A model generated the notes under the pieces. It searched no databases. It saw nothing but the letters and a program-made list of their open reading frames with translations, and was not told the origin of the DNA. A program made the position numbers and the translations under genes. From Candidatus Poribacteria bacterium (GTDB lineage: Bacteria > Poribacteria > WGA-4E > WGA-3G): 64,000 bases of DNA. The stretch spans positions 1,792,001-1,856,000 of the forward strand of contig CAXXLX010000001.1 in the NCBI GenBank assembly GCA_963665235.2, in the 5' to 3' direction. Positions 51,532 through 62,710 of this stretch are shown here, piece after piece (the first letter of the stretch is position 1; each line of letters begins with the position of its first letter).

Positions 51532-52227
51532 CTATAGTTTGGACAATTTCTGTGAGCCTGATGCCCGATTTTCAAAGCCTTTCTGATTTTTCTCAAAGTT
51601 TCTCACACAAGGACAAATAGTAGAAAATGGGCACAGTATTCGGGTAAGAAGTCCGCCTCTCCTGCGAAAACGCAGCCCCGTAGGGGCGGTATGTTTATAG
51701 AAGTCCACAACGAACCCACAAACTAGCCCCGTAGGGGCGGTATGTGTAAAGATGTCCTAGTCTTCCGCCGTGCCGAACATAAGCTTATGTTTTTAATTTG
51801 ACTTTTGCGGTCATGGTTGTAACCGCCACCAATGTTGAAGTTCCGAACCTCAACCTATGGTAGGGTTGTTTGATGTTCTGACCCATTACCATTTTTGTGC
51901 AATGCTTTGTATCCAAAAGACCCCATTGGATACCAAAGCACTGATTCACAAGCATAAAGAAGGTGCGAAGCACGAGGGCAATTGTCCTTTGAGTTAGGGG
52001 CAGTAAGACTTCAAGCATTGTTGACGTTCACACGTCTGAAAACCACAATAATAGCTAACGCGTAGCGGAACGCCCTCTTTGCTGGGAGAGTATGTCAAGA
52101 ATTACCGAGTGAACCCCTAAAGTCATAATCACAAAACCGCGCATCTTAAACTCCGCGCCCTCTGCGTTCTCATCCGCGATTCAGACAACACCGCAAATGC
52201 AAACTCATAAAATTGTCCAAAGTTTAG
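51532..52227. mobile_element. MITE family C
   Basis: Same ends as 9564-9993; contains GCCCCGTAGGGGC units. Confidence 0.7.
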
Positions 52228-52332
52228 GATTTATGTTAGACTTCAATAATTGAACGAAGATAGGAATAGAGCGTTATCAAGGACATCTATCTAATCGCTA
52301 TTTCAACGAAGACCTCTCAAGGAGATATTATC

Positions 52333-52925
52333 TTGAAAAGAACAGCTTTAATGCTAACGATTTTGTTTGTGCTCCTAACGGTTGCACCAAACATCTTCGC
52401 TATAGACTACACACAATGGAACTTGCCTGAAGTGGCTAAAGCACGACTCGGTAAAGGTAGTATAAATGATATAAAGTTTTCAGTAGATGGCACGCGGTTA
52501 GCCGTTGGTAGCAGTATCGGGATTTGGATTTACGATGTCCAGACAGGGGAAGAACTCAATCTATTTACAGGACATACGGATTCGGTCGGTAGCGTGTCGT
52601 TTAGTCCAGATGGGAACACCATCGTTAGTGGAAGTTATGACAAGACTATTCGTCTATGGGACCCAAACACCGGGCGACTTATCAGAACATTCACGGGACA
52701 TACGGGGCAGGTCCTTAGCGTATCGTTTAGTCCAGATGGAAATACCATCGTTAGTGGGGTGATGACAACACTCTTCATCTATGGGATATTAGCATAGGAG
52801 AACTTATCAGAACACTCACAGGACATACGGGGCGGGTCCTTAGCGTGTCGTTTAGTCCTGATGGTAGAACACTTGCCAGTGGGAGTGTGGATGGCACTAT
52901 TCTGTTATGGGAACTTGACCTTTAA
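52333..52925 (+). pseudogene. Secreted WD40-repeat protein with a 1-nt deletion near 52759
   Basis: GHTxxVxSVSFSPDG repeats continue in a shifted frame (DDNTLHLWD...GHTGRVLSVSFSPDG...WELDL*). Confidence 0.8.
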
Positions 52926-52970
52926 GCGTGCTGCGTATTGGAACGGTAAGAACCGGGGCAGGACATCGGA

Positions 52971-53711
52971 TTATACCGCTGCAAACCGTTCCGGATAATT
53001 TGAGGTAATACCGTGGACACCGAACCGCTTCAGTTCACGCATACGTGCAATATCGTCCACTGTCCAACACCATAAGGTAATACCGCGCCGTCTTACCTGA
53101 TATGCAAATTCTGACGTTATCATAAGGTGATTGACATTCAGGATTCTGCTGCCTAATGTACACAATTGCTCACACAGCTGTGCAGGCGACGCATCACTGT
53201 CTTGACTCCCTATGAGCCACCCTGTCGAGATGTACGGCTCCATCTCGCGAACGGTTTTTAAAACAGATGCATGAAAAGAGATAATAATAACCCTTCCAAG
53301 GATGTTTATTGGATTTCCCCCGTTTTGTACAGATAATTCGAACTCGCGAATCTTTTCTATAACTGCCTCACCAATGTCGGGCTCTTTAATTTCTAAAACG
53401 GGCAATGTTTTAAGTGCTATACATTCCAGGGTTTCAGTCAGCGTTGGAATCGGTTCACCGGTGAACTCGACATCGAACCATGCCCCAGCATCGGCACGTT
53501 TGATATCCACTAAAGTTGCTTGGTTAACCGGACCGTGGAGGTTGGTCGTTCTATCTAGGGTAGCATCATGTATTGCAACAATTTCGTCATCAGCGGTGCG
53601 GTGCAGGTCAAGTTCAACCGCGTCTGTACCAATTTCAATTGCCTTTTTGAATGCTGCAAGCGTATTTTCGGGGGCACTCCCTGATGCACCCCGATGTGCA
53701 ATCCGAATCAT
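52971..53711 (-). CDS. Glycerophosphodiester phosphodiesterase
   Basis: AHRGAS..APENTL, ELDL, HD, WTVDD motifs. Confidence 0.92.
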   Translation of the reverse strand: MIRIAHRGASGSAPENTLAAFKKAIEIGTDAVELDLHRTADDEIVAIHDATLDRTTNLHGPVNQATLVDIKRADAGAWFDVEFTGEPIPTLTETLECIALKTLPVLEIKEPDIGEAVIEKIREFELSVQNGGNPINILGRVIIISFHASVLKTVREMEPYISTGWLIGSQDSDASPAQLCEQLCTLGSRILNVNHLMITSEFAYQVRRRGITLWCWTVDDIARMRELKRFGVHGITSNYPERFAAV

Positions 53712-53724
53712 AGCACCCTGGCTC

Positions 53725-55182
53725 CTATTTATCGTTTTGCTGTTTAATCTTCTTCATGAGTGTCGTTCGACTCATGCCTAACAATTCCGCTGTTTTGCTA
53801 TAATTGCCTTTGCATTCATCCATCACTAATTCTATAATCACCTTATCCAGTGCTGTGGTAACATCATCGTAAAAGTGTTGATTTTCGCTGGCAATAGCTG
53901 ACTTTGTAATCCGTTGTAAGATCGATTTGAAGGACGCTTCAAGTCGTAACGTATCGGCAGTGGTGCCCCTATAAGCCGCGCGGATTTCTAGGGGGAGGTC
54001 CTCCGGCAGAATAACATCGGCTCTGGAGAGTGCTGCTGCGCTTCTGAGGCAGTTCTCTAACTCCCGAACATTGCCTGGCCAGCTGTAGTTCTGTAGCAGT
54101 GCCATCCCCTCTTCAGAGATACCGCGAATCGGTTTGCCGAGTTCATCTTGAATTAGCAGTAGAAAGTGCGTAATGAGCAGCGGAATATCTTCTTGGCGTT
54201 CCCGCAAGGGGGGCAGCTGAAGTGTGATACGCTTGAAACGGTAATAGAGGTCCTCGCGGAACTGTCCAAGTTTAATCATTTCCCCGAGTTCCCTATTGGT
54301 CGCAGCGATGACGCGTACATCCACTTTAATCGTTTGGGTGCTCCCTAGTCTCTCAATTTCCTGTGTTTGCAAGGCGCGTAGCAACTTTACTTGCAATGCG
54401 GGGCTCATATTCGCGACCTCGTCAAGGAAGAGTGTGCCCCCGTTTGCCAGCTCAAATCGCCCCGGTTTTCCTTCCGTTTTTGCACCAGTGAATGCCCCGG
54501 CTTCATAACCGAACAGTTCGCTTTCCAGAAGTTCATCGGGCAGTGCGCCGCAATCCACCGGCACAAACGGCTCGGTTTTTCGCGCGCTGCCTTTGTGAAT
54601 AGCGCGTGCGACCAGGTCCTTTCCGGTCCCCGTTTCCCCTTCAATCAGCACTGTCATCGTATTGCTTGCCATTGTGCCGATGAGTTTGTAAATTTCTCGC
54701 ATCTGCTCACTTTTTCCGACAAGTCGATGTCCCCGTTCACTTCCTGCCGAAGCGTCTGGTGTCTCTAAGGGAAGGGTGCTGCGGATAGATTGCGTCCGGA
54801 AGGCACGCACAAGCACGTTTTTCACGATAACCAAATCGATAGGTTTCGGAACGAAATCGAACGCTTGGAGGCGCATCGCTTCTATTGTCGTATCCACATC
54901 GTCGTAAGCGGTGATGATAACGACAATTACCTCCGGGTGGAGGGTGTTTATTTTCGCCAACGCCTCTAAACCGCTCATCCCCGGCAACTTGACATCGAGA
55001 AAAACGACACTCGGCTTGTCCGAAGCGATGCAGCGTAATCCCTCCTCGGCACTGTTCGCGATGCTGGCATTATAACCTTCACCTTCCAGAAATTGCTGAA
55101 ACGCCCAACAAATTTTCTCGTCGTCGTCAATTACCAGTACATTTTCCATGGTGTCTTTCCTTCGGCTGTTTTGCGTTTTCAT
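53725..55182 (-). CDS. NtrC-family sigma54-dependent response regulator
   Basis: REC domain; GETGTGKD, GAFTGA, WPGNVRELEN; Fis-type HTH. Confidence 0.93.
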   Translation of the reverse strand: MKTQNSRRKDTMENVLVIDDDEKICWAFQQFLEGEGYNASIANSAEEGLRCIASDKPSVVFLDVKLPGMSGLEALAKINTLHPEVIVVIITAYDDVDTTIEAMRLQAFDFVPKPIDLVIVKNVLVRAFRTQSIRSTLPLETPDASAGSERGHRLVGKSEQMREIYKLIGTMASNTMTVLIEGETGTGKDLVARAIHKGSARKTEPFVPVDCGALPDELLESELFGYEAGAFTGAKTEGKPGRFELANGGTLFLDEVANMSPALQVKLLRALQTQEIERLGSTQTIKVDVRVIAATNRELGEMIKLGQFREDLYYRFKRITLQLPPLRERQEDIPLLITHFLLLIQDELGKPIRGISEEGMALLQNYSWPGNVRELENCLRSAAALSRADVILPEDLPLEIRAAYRGTTADTLRLEASFKSILQRITKSAIASENQHFYDDVTTALDKVIIELVMDECKGNYSKTAELLGMSRTTLMKKIKQQNDK

Positions 55183-56462
55183 GTTTCGTGCCGTTTGCCG
55201 CCCTCTATTGAAATCAGAAATTTTTTCCCATCATCACCTATCCCGTTTTCAGTTGCTTGCGCCGCGCGCGCCTCCCGTTTTTTCCGGAGAACCGGATAAG
55301 CGTCCACAATCGGGATGTCGCTGAGGTGTGTCAAAGGCGGTTTACGCGCTTCGGCTGCGGCAACCGCTTCAGCAAAACGTTCGTTTTTGCGGGCGACTTG
55401 CACAGCGTCTCGCGCTTTGAAATCAGGTAAAACCGTCTCCGCAAAGAGTTCTAACGATTCACATATATCTTCATGGCGATTTGCACCCGCCTGCTGAATA
55501 AAAACAACCTGATCTACCCCGACCTCTTCCATTACTAATAGATGTTCGCGAATCTGAGCAGGGGTACCAATACCTGCTCGTCCCCCAGCAGGGGTTTGTG
55601 GTGACTGCTTATACAACTGCCAAATATCTGTTCTGCCGGGAATCTGTGAGCCGCCGTGATAGTAATGGGCAAGGGCAAATCGGAAAAAACGTAAACCGTC
55701 TAACCCACGGGCAACCGCTGTCTCCTCATCGGTGTGACAGGAAAACCCTGACACCATGGCGATGTTGGGATTGACCCGCTGTGTTAAAGGTGTGCACTCC
55801 TTCTCAAAGATTTCATAATACTCCTCTACCCAGAATTTTGCTTCACTTGCATCGACAAATGCGAAGGTTAGCGCGCCGAGGCCGTACCTTGCTGCATATC
55901 TGAGACTATCGCGGCTGGAACAGGCAACCCAGGGCGGTGGGTGCGGTGTTTGCAACGGTTTCGGCACGACATTACGCACCGGCATAGAAAAATACTGTCC
56001 ATCATATCCAGCATAAGGCGATTGCACCATCATTTTCGCTGTTTCCTGCGTACATTCCGCCCACATCTCGCGTTTAGACTTCGGGTTAATGTTGAACCCG
56101 CCGAGTTCCATGTGCGATGCAGATTCACCTGTCCCCCACTCTACGCGTCCATTTGATACCAGGTCAAGTGTCGCGATACGTTCGGCTACCCGTGCCGGGT
56201 GATTGTAAGCCGGGGGCATCAAGACAATTCCATGCCCTAGCCGAATCTGCTTCGTGCGTTGACTGCACGCCGCAAGGAATACCTCCGGTGCCGAAGAGTG
56301 TGAATACTCTTCAAGGAAGTGATGTTCTACCTCCCAAATATAGTCAAACCCGAGGGTGTCCGCCAATTCTACTTGCTCCAAAGCATCTTGGAAGAGCTTA
56401 TGTTCTGCCCCTTCATGCCAGGGACGGGGGATTTGGTGTTCATAAAACAGCCCGAATTTCAT
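55179..56462 (-). CDS. LLM-class (luciferase-like) flavin-dependent oxidoreductase
   Basis: EHHF, HPARVAERIATLDLVSNGR, PKPLQ motifs. Confidence 0.92.
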   Translation of the reverse strand: MKFGLFYEHQIPRPWHEGAEHKLFQDALEQVELADTLGFDYIWEVEHHFLEEYSHSSAPEVFLAACSQRTKQIRLGHGIVLMPPAYNHPARVAERIATLDLVSNGRVEWGTGESASHMELGGFNINPKSKREMWAECTQETAKMMVQSPYAGYDGQYFSMPVRNVVPKPLQTPHPPPWVACSSRDSLRYAARYGLGALTFAFVDASEAKFWVEEYYEIFEKECTPLTQRVNPNIAMVSGFSCHTDEETAVARGLDGLRFFRFALAHYYHGGSQIPGRTDIWQLYKQSPQTPAGGRAGIGTPAQIREHLLVMEEVGVDQVVFIQQAGANRHEDICESLELFAETVLPDFKARDAVQVARKNERFAEAVAAAEARKPPLTHLSDIPIVDAYPVLRKKREARAAQATENGIGDDGKKFLISIEGGKRHET

Positions 56463-56525
56463 GCGTTTGTCTCATATCCTTTCGTCATAGCCTATCCCGA
56501 AGTTTGCGGTGCATCAGGGACGTTT

Positions 56526-57296
56526 CTAAGCCGCTTCGAAGCTCTGCATCTCCGCTTCTGTTAATTGCCATTCGAAGATATCTAAATTCTCCTGTAGATG
56601 CGGCACCGAACCGGATTTCGGAATTGCAATAATCCCTTTCTGAATTAACCACCGTAAGGCTACCTGTGCTGCTGTTTTTCCGTGTTTGTCTCCGATTGCT
56701 TTTAATGCTGTGTCGCCAGCAAGGTTTCCAACGGCAAGCGGTCTATGTGCGGTGATAGGGATGTTGCGTGCTTCACAATAATCTCGTAGGGTTTCCTTGT
56801 TGTTACGGACATGATACTCAACCTGATTCGTGCAAATTGGTAGGTCCGATACCTCACACGCCCGTTCAACCTGCGCGATGCTAAAATTGCTAATACCGAC
56901 GCTTTTCACCTTACCTGCGTCGTAGATTTCTTGGAAAGCAGCGAACGTTTCCTCAAACGGCACAGTGTCGCTCGGCCAATGGATTAGCAACAAATCAACA
57001 TAGTCCATCTGTAAATCGCTTAAACACACCTCAAACTGCTCTAAAACGTCGGCATGTTTGAGATGGGTATTCCAAATTTTGGTCGTAATAAAGAGTTGCT
57101 CACGTTCAACACGTATATCTTGAAGTGCATCCCCAATTGCACGCTGGTTTTGATACATCCACGCCGTGTCAATATGGGTGTACCCCAATTCAATCGCTTT
57201 TTTAATAATCCGTTTGCACTGTCTGCCTTTTAGCTGCCAGGTGCCAAGACCTAGCATCGGCATGTCGTGTCCAGATGCAAGTTTGATATTTTTCAC
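56526..57296 (-). CDS. Aldo/keto reductase (2,5-DKG reductase-like)
   Basis: GLGTW, DTAWMY, LLIHWP, GISNF, IPKS motifs. Confidence 0.92.
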   Translation of the reverse strand: MKNIKLASGHDMPMLGLGTWQLKGRQCKRIIKKAIELGYTHIDTAWMYQNQRAIGDALQDIRVEREQLFITTKIWNTHLKHADVLEQFEVCLSDLQMDYVDLLLIHWPSDTVPFEETFAAFQEIYDAGKVKSVGISNFSIAQVERACEVSDLPICTNQVEYHVRNNKETLRDYCEARNIPITAHRPLAVGNLAGDTALKAIGDKHGKTAAQVALRWLIQKGIIAIPKSGSVPHLQENLDIFEWQLTEAEMQSFEAA

Positions 57297-57674
57297 AGCC
57301 CGGCCCTCCTTTTTTTATATCATGATAACGGATTTCGAAAAAAAGTCAAGAAAAATATGAGACAGGGTGTGTAAAGTTTTTGTACAAAACCGGTGTAAAT
57401 GTTACACTTTTGACACAAAGTGTAACATTTACTTCTCAGTGCTGCAGTCGCACAAACTCACGCCCCGTCTATGTTTAGAAGCATTTTCGACCCGTCTTTT
57501 TCACAACACATAAAAAATGAGTTGTGACATTTCGACCTCCGATTTTCGTTTATCAGTTCTGCCTACTTTTCTTATCGTTCTGCCTCCTACTTTTTGAGAC
57601 CGTTCCGATTTATCGGATTTCTCGGATTTTAAGCAATAGAAGGTTTGTGATTATGAGCTAGGGTGTTGTGTTTT

Positions 57675-58007
57675 CTATAAATATACTGCCCGGATGGGGC
57701 TAGCTTGTCTGGCACCCGCGCTTCTATAAATATACCGCCCCGCTGGGGCTAGCTTGTGTTGTGTTGTTGTGTTTTCTATAAATATACCGCCCCGCTGGGG
57801 CTAGCTTGTGTTGTGTTGTTGTGTTTTCTATAAATATACCGCCCCGCTGGGGCTAGCTTGTGTTGTGTTGTTGTGTTTTCTATAAATATACCGCCCCGCT
57901 GGGGCTAGCTTGTCTGGCCCTCGCGCTTCTATAAAGATACCGCCCGGATGGGGCTAGCTTGTCTGGCACCCGCGCTTCTATAAAGATACCGCCCGGATGG
58001 GGCTGGC
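57675..58007 (-). repeat. ~7 REP-like units (AGCCCCAGCGGGGCGGTATATTTATAG)
   Basis: Tandem units of 49-53 bp. Confidence 0.85.
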
Positions 58008-58044
58008 TTGTCTGGCGTTCACATTAAACATGTTGCCCCGATAC

Positions 58045-58545
58045 CCCTAGTCCCGTAGGGACGATATATTTATAGAAGCAGATGTGTCTGGCGTTCACAT
58101 TAAACATGTTGCCCCGATACCCCTAGTCCCGTAGGGACGATATATTTATAGAAGCAGATGTTTCGACAACCCCTAGTCCCGTAGGGACGATATATTTATA
58201 GAAGCAGATGTTTCGACAACCCCTAGTCCCGTAGGGACGATATATTTATAGAAGCAGATGTTTCGACAACCCCTGGTCCCGTAGGGACGATATATTTATA
58301 GAAGCAGATGTTTCGACAACCCCTAGTCCCGTAGGGACGATATATTTATAGAAGCAGATGTTTCGACAACCCCTGGTCCCGTAGGGACGATATATTTATA
58401 GAAGCAGATGTTTCGACAACCCCTAGTCCCGTAGGGACGATATATTTATAGCAGATGTTTCGACAACCCCTAGTCCCGTAGGGACGATATATTTATAGCA
58501 GATGTTTCGACAACCCCTAGTCCCGTAGGGACGATATATTTATAG
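58045..58545 (+). repeat. 10 REP-like units (TAGTCCCGTAGGGACGATATATTTATAG), ~50-bp period
   Basis: Same core as 41794-42322 with a different linker. Confidence 0.9.
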
Positions 58546-58611
58546 AGATTAGTGAAAACGGACATTTATTTTCAAACTCACGTTTAAGTACAAAAATTTT
58601 ACACACCCATC

Positions 58612-58640
58612 TTGACATTCCCTCGGAAAAAAGGTATACT
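58612..58640 (+). promoter_or_regulatory. sigma70 promoter of the SDR gene
   Basis: TTGACA-17 bp-TATACT. Confidence 0.7.
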
Positions 58641-58713
58641 TAATTTTGTAGGTCGGGTTGGATTTTCAGAGAAACCCGACACCGTTTTAATATCTATTTT
58701 TTGAAGGGATGTT

Positions 58714-59505
58714 ATGAACCTCGGACTCACAGACAAAATTGCAGTAGTAGGCGCGTCAAGTAAAGGACTTGGACGTGCAATCGCGCTCGGTTTAGCACAG
58801 GAAGGGGCGAAGGTCACTATCTGTGCACGTAATAGGGACACGTTGGAGGCAACGGCGCAAGAGATTCGGAACCTGACCGGCACAGACGTATTGGCGGTAC
58901 CGACTGATGTTAGCGAGCCTGAACAGATTGAAGTGCTTATTAACACAGCACTATCACACTTCGGAGGTATCGATATTTTAGTGAATAACGCAGGTGGACC
59001 GAGGGCGGGCAGATTTGATGACCTGTCAGCCGAAGATTATCGAGATGCGGTCCAGCTGAACTTGATGAGCACCATAAACCTATGCCGTGCTGTTGTGCCG
59101 ACGATGCAGGAGCGAGGCGGCGGACGTATTATCAATCTCACCTCTGTTTCCGTTAAACAGCCGGTAGATGGTCTAATGTTATCAAATATGGCTCGGACCG
59201 GGGTTATAGGTTTTGCAAAGACGCTTGCAACGGAATTAGCTCCTGACAAAATTTTAGTTAACAATGTCTGCCCCGGTATTATTTACACCGACCGGATTCA
59301 GCAATTAGCGACTGTCCGTGCAGAAGAGGCGGGCATCACGTTTGATGAAGCCCTCGCCAACATGACAGCGAATATTCCGCTCGGCAGAATCGGGAAGCCT
59401 GATGAATTTGCTGCCCTGGTCGTATTTCTTGCCTCAGAACAGGCAAGCTATATAACAGGCACCACAATTCAGGTGGATGGTGGCATGGTAAAATCCTTGC
59501 TTTGA
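58714..59505 (+). CDS. SDR family oxidoreductase
   Basis: GASSKGLG, LVNNAGGP, YITGTTIQVDGG. Confidence 0.92.
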   Translation: MNLGLTDKIAVVGASSKGLGRAIALGLAQEGAKVTICARNRDTLEATAQEIRNLTGTDVLAVPTDVSEPEQIEVLINTALSHFGGIDILVNNAGGPRAGRFDDLSAEDYRDAVQLNLMSTINLCRAVVPTMQERGGGRIINLTSVSVKQPVDGLMLSNMARTGVIGFAKTLATELAPDKILVNNVCPGIIYTDRIQQLATVRAEEAGITFDEALANMTANIPLGRIGKPDEFAALVVFLASEQASYITGTTIQVDGGMVKSLL

Positions 59506-59598
59506 TCGGCTATTGATGCTTTGGCTATCGGTAGTTGAAAATTGTTAGAAAAGGGGGTATCGGGAAGATAGCTCTTGTAACCGATAACCGAACCGACG

Positions 59599-60336
59599 AT
59601 GTTAGTATCTGTAATCATTCCTGCGTTCAATGAAGAAGGCACAATTCAACAGGTTGTGGAGGCGGTAAGGGCACTTCCGTTTGATAAACAGATTATCGTT
59701 GTCAACGACGGGTCAACCGACAGTACGCGTGTGATTCTTGACGAACTGAACCGTAATGACACGTTGACTGTCGTGCATTGCGAAGAGAACCGCGGGAAAG
59801 GTTTCGCTATTCGGAGGGGGTTGTCTTCCGTTAAAGGGGAAGTCGTTGTAATTCAGGATGCGGATATGGAGCTCTGCCCCGATGACCTTGTGCCGCTTTT
59901 GGAACCCTTGAAAAAAGAGAAGATTCATGTTGTTTACGGTTCAAGATTCTTGAACGGCCGTGGGAATGCAAGTCTCCACAACTTCATAGCGAACCGTCTT
60001 CTTGCAATATATACCAATCTTCTCTACGGTTGTCATATCACAGATGAATCTACAGGTTATAAAGCGTTTTCAGCGGAGCTGATAACACACTTAGAGTTAA
60101 CTTGTGAGGGGTTTGAATTTTGCCCGGAGGTTACAGCGAAACTATTGCGTGCTGGGTATCACATCCATGAGGTACCGGTCTCCTATTTTCCACGTACGAA
60201 AAAGGAGGGCAAAAAACTCAGGTTTTGGTCGGATGGATTTTTGGCGGCATGGACACTGCTGAAGTACCGATTTATCTCGAAAACTGCTCTCTTCAAAAAC
60301 CGAACGCAACGTCAGGTCCCTCATCCCAGGGGATAG
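59599..60336 (+). CDS. Glycosyltransferase family 2 (DPM synthase-like)
   Basis: IPAFNEE, VNDGSTD, QDADME, VYGSRF. Confidence 0.92.
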   Translation: MLVSVIIPAFNEEGTIQQVVEAVRALPFDKQIIVVNDGSTDSTRVILDELNRNDTLTVVHCEENRGKGFAIRRGLSSVKGEVVVIQDADMELCPDDLVPLLEPLKKEKIHVVYGSRFLNGRGNASLHNFIANRLLAIYTNLLYGCHITDESTGYKAFSAELITHLELTCEGFEFCPEVTAKLLRAGYHIHEVPVSYFPRTKKEGKKLRFWSDGFLAAWTLLKYRFISKTALFKNRTQRQVPHPRG

Positions 60337-60485
60337 CGAGTCTATTTCGTTAGGAGAAGAGAATTAGAGATAAACAAGGTTATTTAGTTTAAGATAGAAG
60401 CACAGAAAGCTCACACTTCCTGTCAGAAACTGGACACACTCGGCAAAAAAAGTTTGCCATGTTTTGTCAAATTGTGTTATACTAA

Positions 60486-60919
60486 AATGGCTATTGGCTA
60501 TTGGCTTATGGCAATTGGCAAGAGAAAGAGGACTCTGACGCGCGTCAGATATGTGCTTAGAATCACAACCTCTTGCTAATTGCTAATTGCTAATTGCCAA
60601 ATTGTGTTATACTAAACTTGTCTATTTTACTTGACGACACTGTTTAATTCCTAAGGAACTGAGAGGAAAGATGGCAGAGGAAACGAAAGAAACGAACGCC
60701 CCAAATGGCTATTGGCTATTGGAAACCGTTGGCAAGAGAAAGAGGACTCTAACGCGCGTCAGATATGTGCTTAGAATCACAACCTCTTGCTAATTGCTAA
60801 TTGCTAATTGCTAATTGCTAATTGCCAAATTGTGTTATACTAAACTTGTCTATTTTACTTGACGACACTGTTTAATTCCTAAGGAACTGAGAGGAAAGAT
60901 GGCAGAGGAAACGAAAGAG
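60486..60919 (+). repeat. Direct duplication (~210 bp) of the rpn promoter/RBS/first codons, each copy with a heptamer-ended element
   Basis: 60486-60690 ~ 60703-60919, both ending GAGAGGAAAGATGGCAGAGGAAACGAAAGA. Confidence 0.8.
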
Positions 60920-61469
60920 ACAACCGCTCTCAATGATTTACTCGGTGGAAAGGTCGCACACTTTTCAGACAGAAGCCTGCGCTGGTTGCTTCAAAGACCG
61001 AGAAACGTTCAGGGGTTGGTAGAAATTGCTGCTCCCGGCCTTGCGGAAAGTATCAACTTTAGCGGGCTTGAGCGGCTTAGCACGAGTTTCATTCCGAGAG
61101 ACTTACGGGAACGAGAGGCGGATATTTTGTATCGCGCCCCTTTTCAAACATCGGATAAAGCCGATGAAGTCATAATCCATATCCATATCGAACACCAATC
61201 GACGGTGGACGAGACGATGGGGTTTCGTTTTCTATCTTATACCATTTTTATTAATTATTCTATCATTACCGGTTGTTAGAAATGAAACGGAGAACGGAAG
61301 ACACAAACTAAAAGTTTATGCTACAAGAAAGAGCACAAACTGGAAGTTTATGCTACAAGAAAGAGCACAAACTGGAAGTTTATGCTACAAGAAAGAGCAC
61401 AAACTGGAAGTTTATGCTACAAGAAAGAGCACAAACTGGAAGTTTATGCTACTACAAAGCACAAACTGG

Positions 61470-62710
61470 ATGAAGATTAATTTATTAATTCGGTAATAAT
61501 CCGACATAGCGTAGCAATGCTTGTGAGCCGCCTCTAAACTGTGTCATAAAGTCAAGCACCTTGTCTTTGAGGGTCTCCCACTCATCGCAGAGGCGATGGA
61601 TATGCAGAACCGATTGCCGCACCCATCGCCATAACTTCTCAATCGGATTTGTCCACGGCGCATAAGTCGGCAGCTGCACTATTTCAATCGGGAGTTTTGT
61701 CAGTTCACCGATTTTCTCGGAAAGTTTTCCGGTCCAATTCGGCGGGGTCGGTTTCACAAAGGAGACCGATTGCGGCAGCAGTGCCTCCATCAAATTGGCG
61801 TGAAAATGTATCGCCCGATTATCTTGGATAAGATAAATCCGTTGCTTGTCGGGATAGCGTTGGCAAATCTCGGTATAAAATGTATGGAGGGCTACAACTG
61901 TGCAGCTTGGCACTTGCTGATAAACAACGTCTCCTGTATGGGGGTTCATAGCACCGATACCATAAATAGTTTTATCCGATTGATAACTCTGATGGGCTAA
62001 TGGCGTTTTTGTCCCTGTCTGTGCCCAGTCTTTTGCTATAGTGGGGTTTCGGTAAAATGAGAACTCATCTTGATAAAGCACAGCCGTGTTCTGTGGGTTT
62101 TGATGGGTCTCTTCTAAAACTTGCTGTATCCGTTCGATTTTCTTGGCATAGTCTGTATCCGGACTCTGCAAATACAGTCTAGCACGCTTATAGCTGATGC
62201 CCAGGCGTGAGAAGATTTGATGGATACCCGGCACAGAGATATTAGCAAGCCACGGCACAACCTCGCCAACCGTGCGAAGCGTCCAGCGCGTTTGATGTGC
62301 CTTGACTTGTCCCGGGTCTTGTCCTATAGCCGTCAACGCCTCGGTTTCTGCTTCTTCGGGGGATTTGGGGGCGAACGCGGGTTTGCGGCCACGGCCCGGT
62401 CTATGAAACAATCCTTGAATGCCCTCTTCTTGGTATCGGCGAAGCCAGGCATAAACAGTGTCCGGATCTCGCTTCTTTAGCAGCCCTTTGAGGGCGATTT
62501 TGTGTGGAGAAGTTCCCGCGGCTATCTTTAGCAGGGCAGCCGCACGTTCCCGAAGATAAGCGGGTTCCCCTGTATCGCGGAGTTCAATCAGTCTTTGGCG
62601 TTCATCTTTACTGAGTTCAAGTTCATGGCGTTTTGACATAAGACAATACCTCCTGGGACAATAGGATAACATAAAAACAGAAATTACCGAATTAATTTCT
62701 TAATCTTCAT
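61470..62710 (-). mobile_element. IS630-like element with 28-bp IRs
   Basis: ATGAAGATTAAnnnATTAATTCGGTAAT IRs (25/28). Confidence 0.85.
61485..62639 (-). CDS. IS630-family transposase
   Basis: HTH, GRGRKP, YQDE, QDN, LPTYAPWTNPIEKLW; GGAGG RBS. Confidence 0.9.
   Translation of the reverse strand: MSKRHELELSKDERQRLIELRDTGEPAYLRERAAALLKIAAGTSPHKIALKGLLKKRDPDTVYAWLRRYQEEGIQGLFHRPGRGRKPAFAPKSPEEAETEALTAIGQDPGQVKAHQTRWTLRTVGEVVPWLANISVPGIHQIFSRLGISYKRARLYLQSPDTDYAKKIERIQQVLEETHQNPQNTAVLYQDEFSFYRNPTIAKDWAQTGTKTPLAHQSYQSDKTIYGIGAMNPHTGDVVYQQVPSCTVVALHTFYTEICQRYPDKQRIYLIQDNRAIHFHANLMEALLPQSVSFVKPTPPNWTGKLSEKIGELTKLPIEIVQLPTYAPWTNPIEKLWRWVRQSVLHIHRLCDEWETLKDKVLDFMTQFRGGSQALLRYVGLLPN

Larger units (their letters stand above)
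57365..58608. mobile_element. Composite MITE family B carrying two oppositely oriented REP-like arrays and a family E right end
   Basis: GGGTGTGTAAA...TTTACACACCC TIRs. Confidence 0.75.

Noticed and set aside
57675-58545. CRISPR array
   Set aside because: Homogeneous linkers, two orientations and no cas genes; a REP-like tandem repeat
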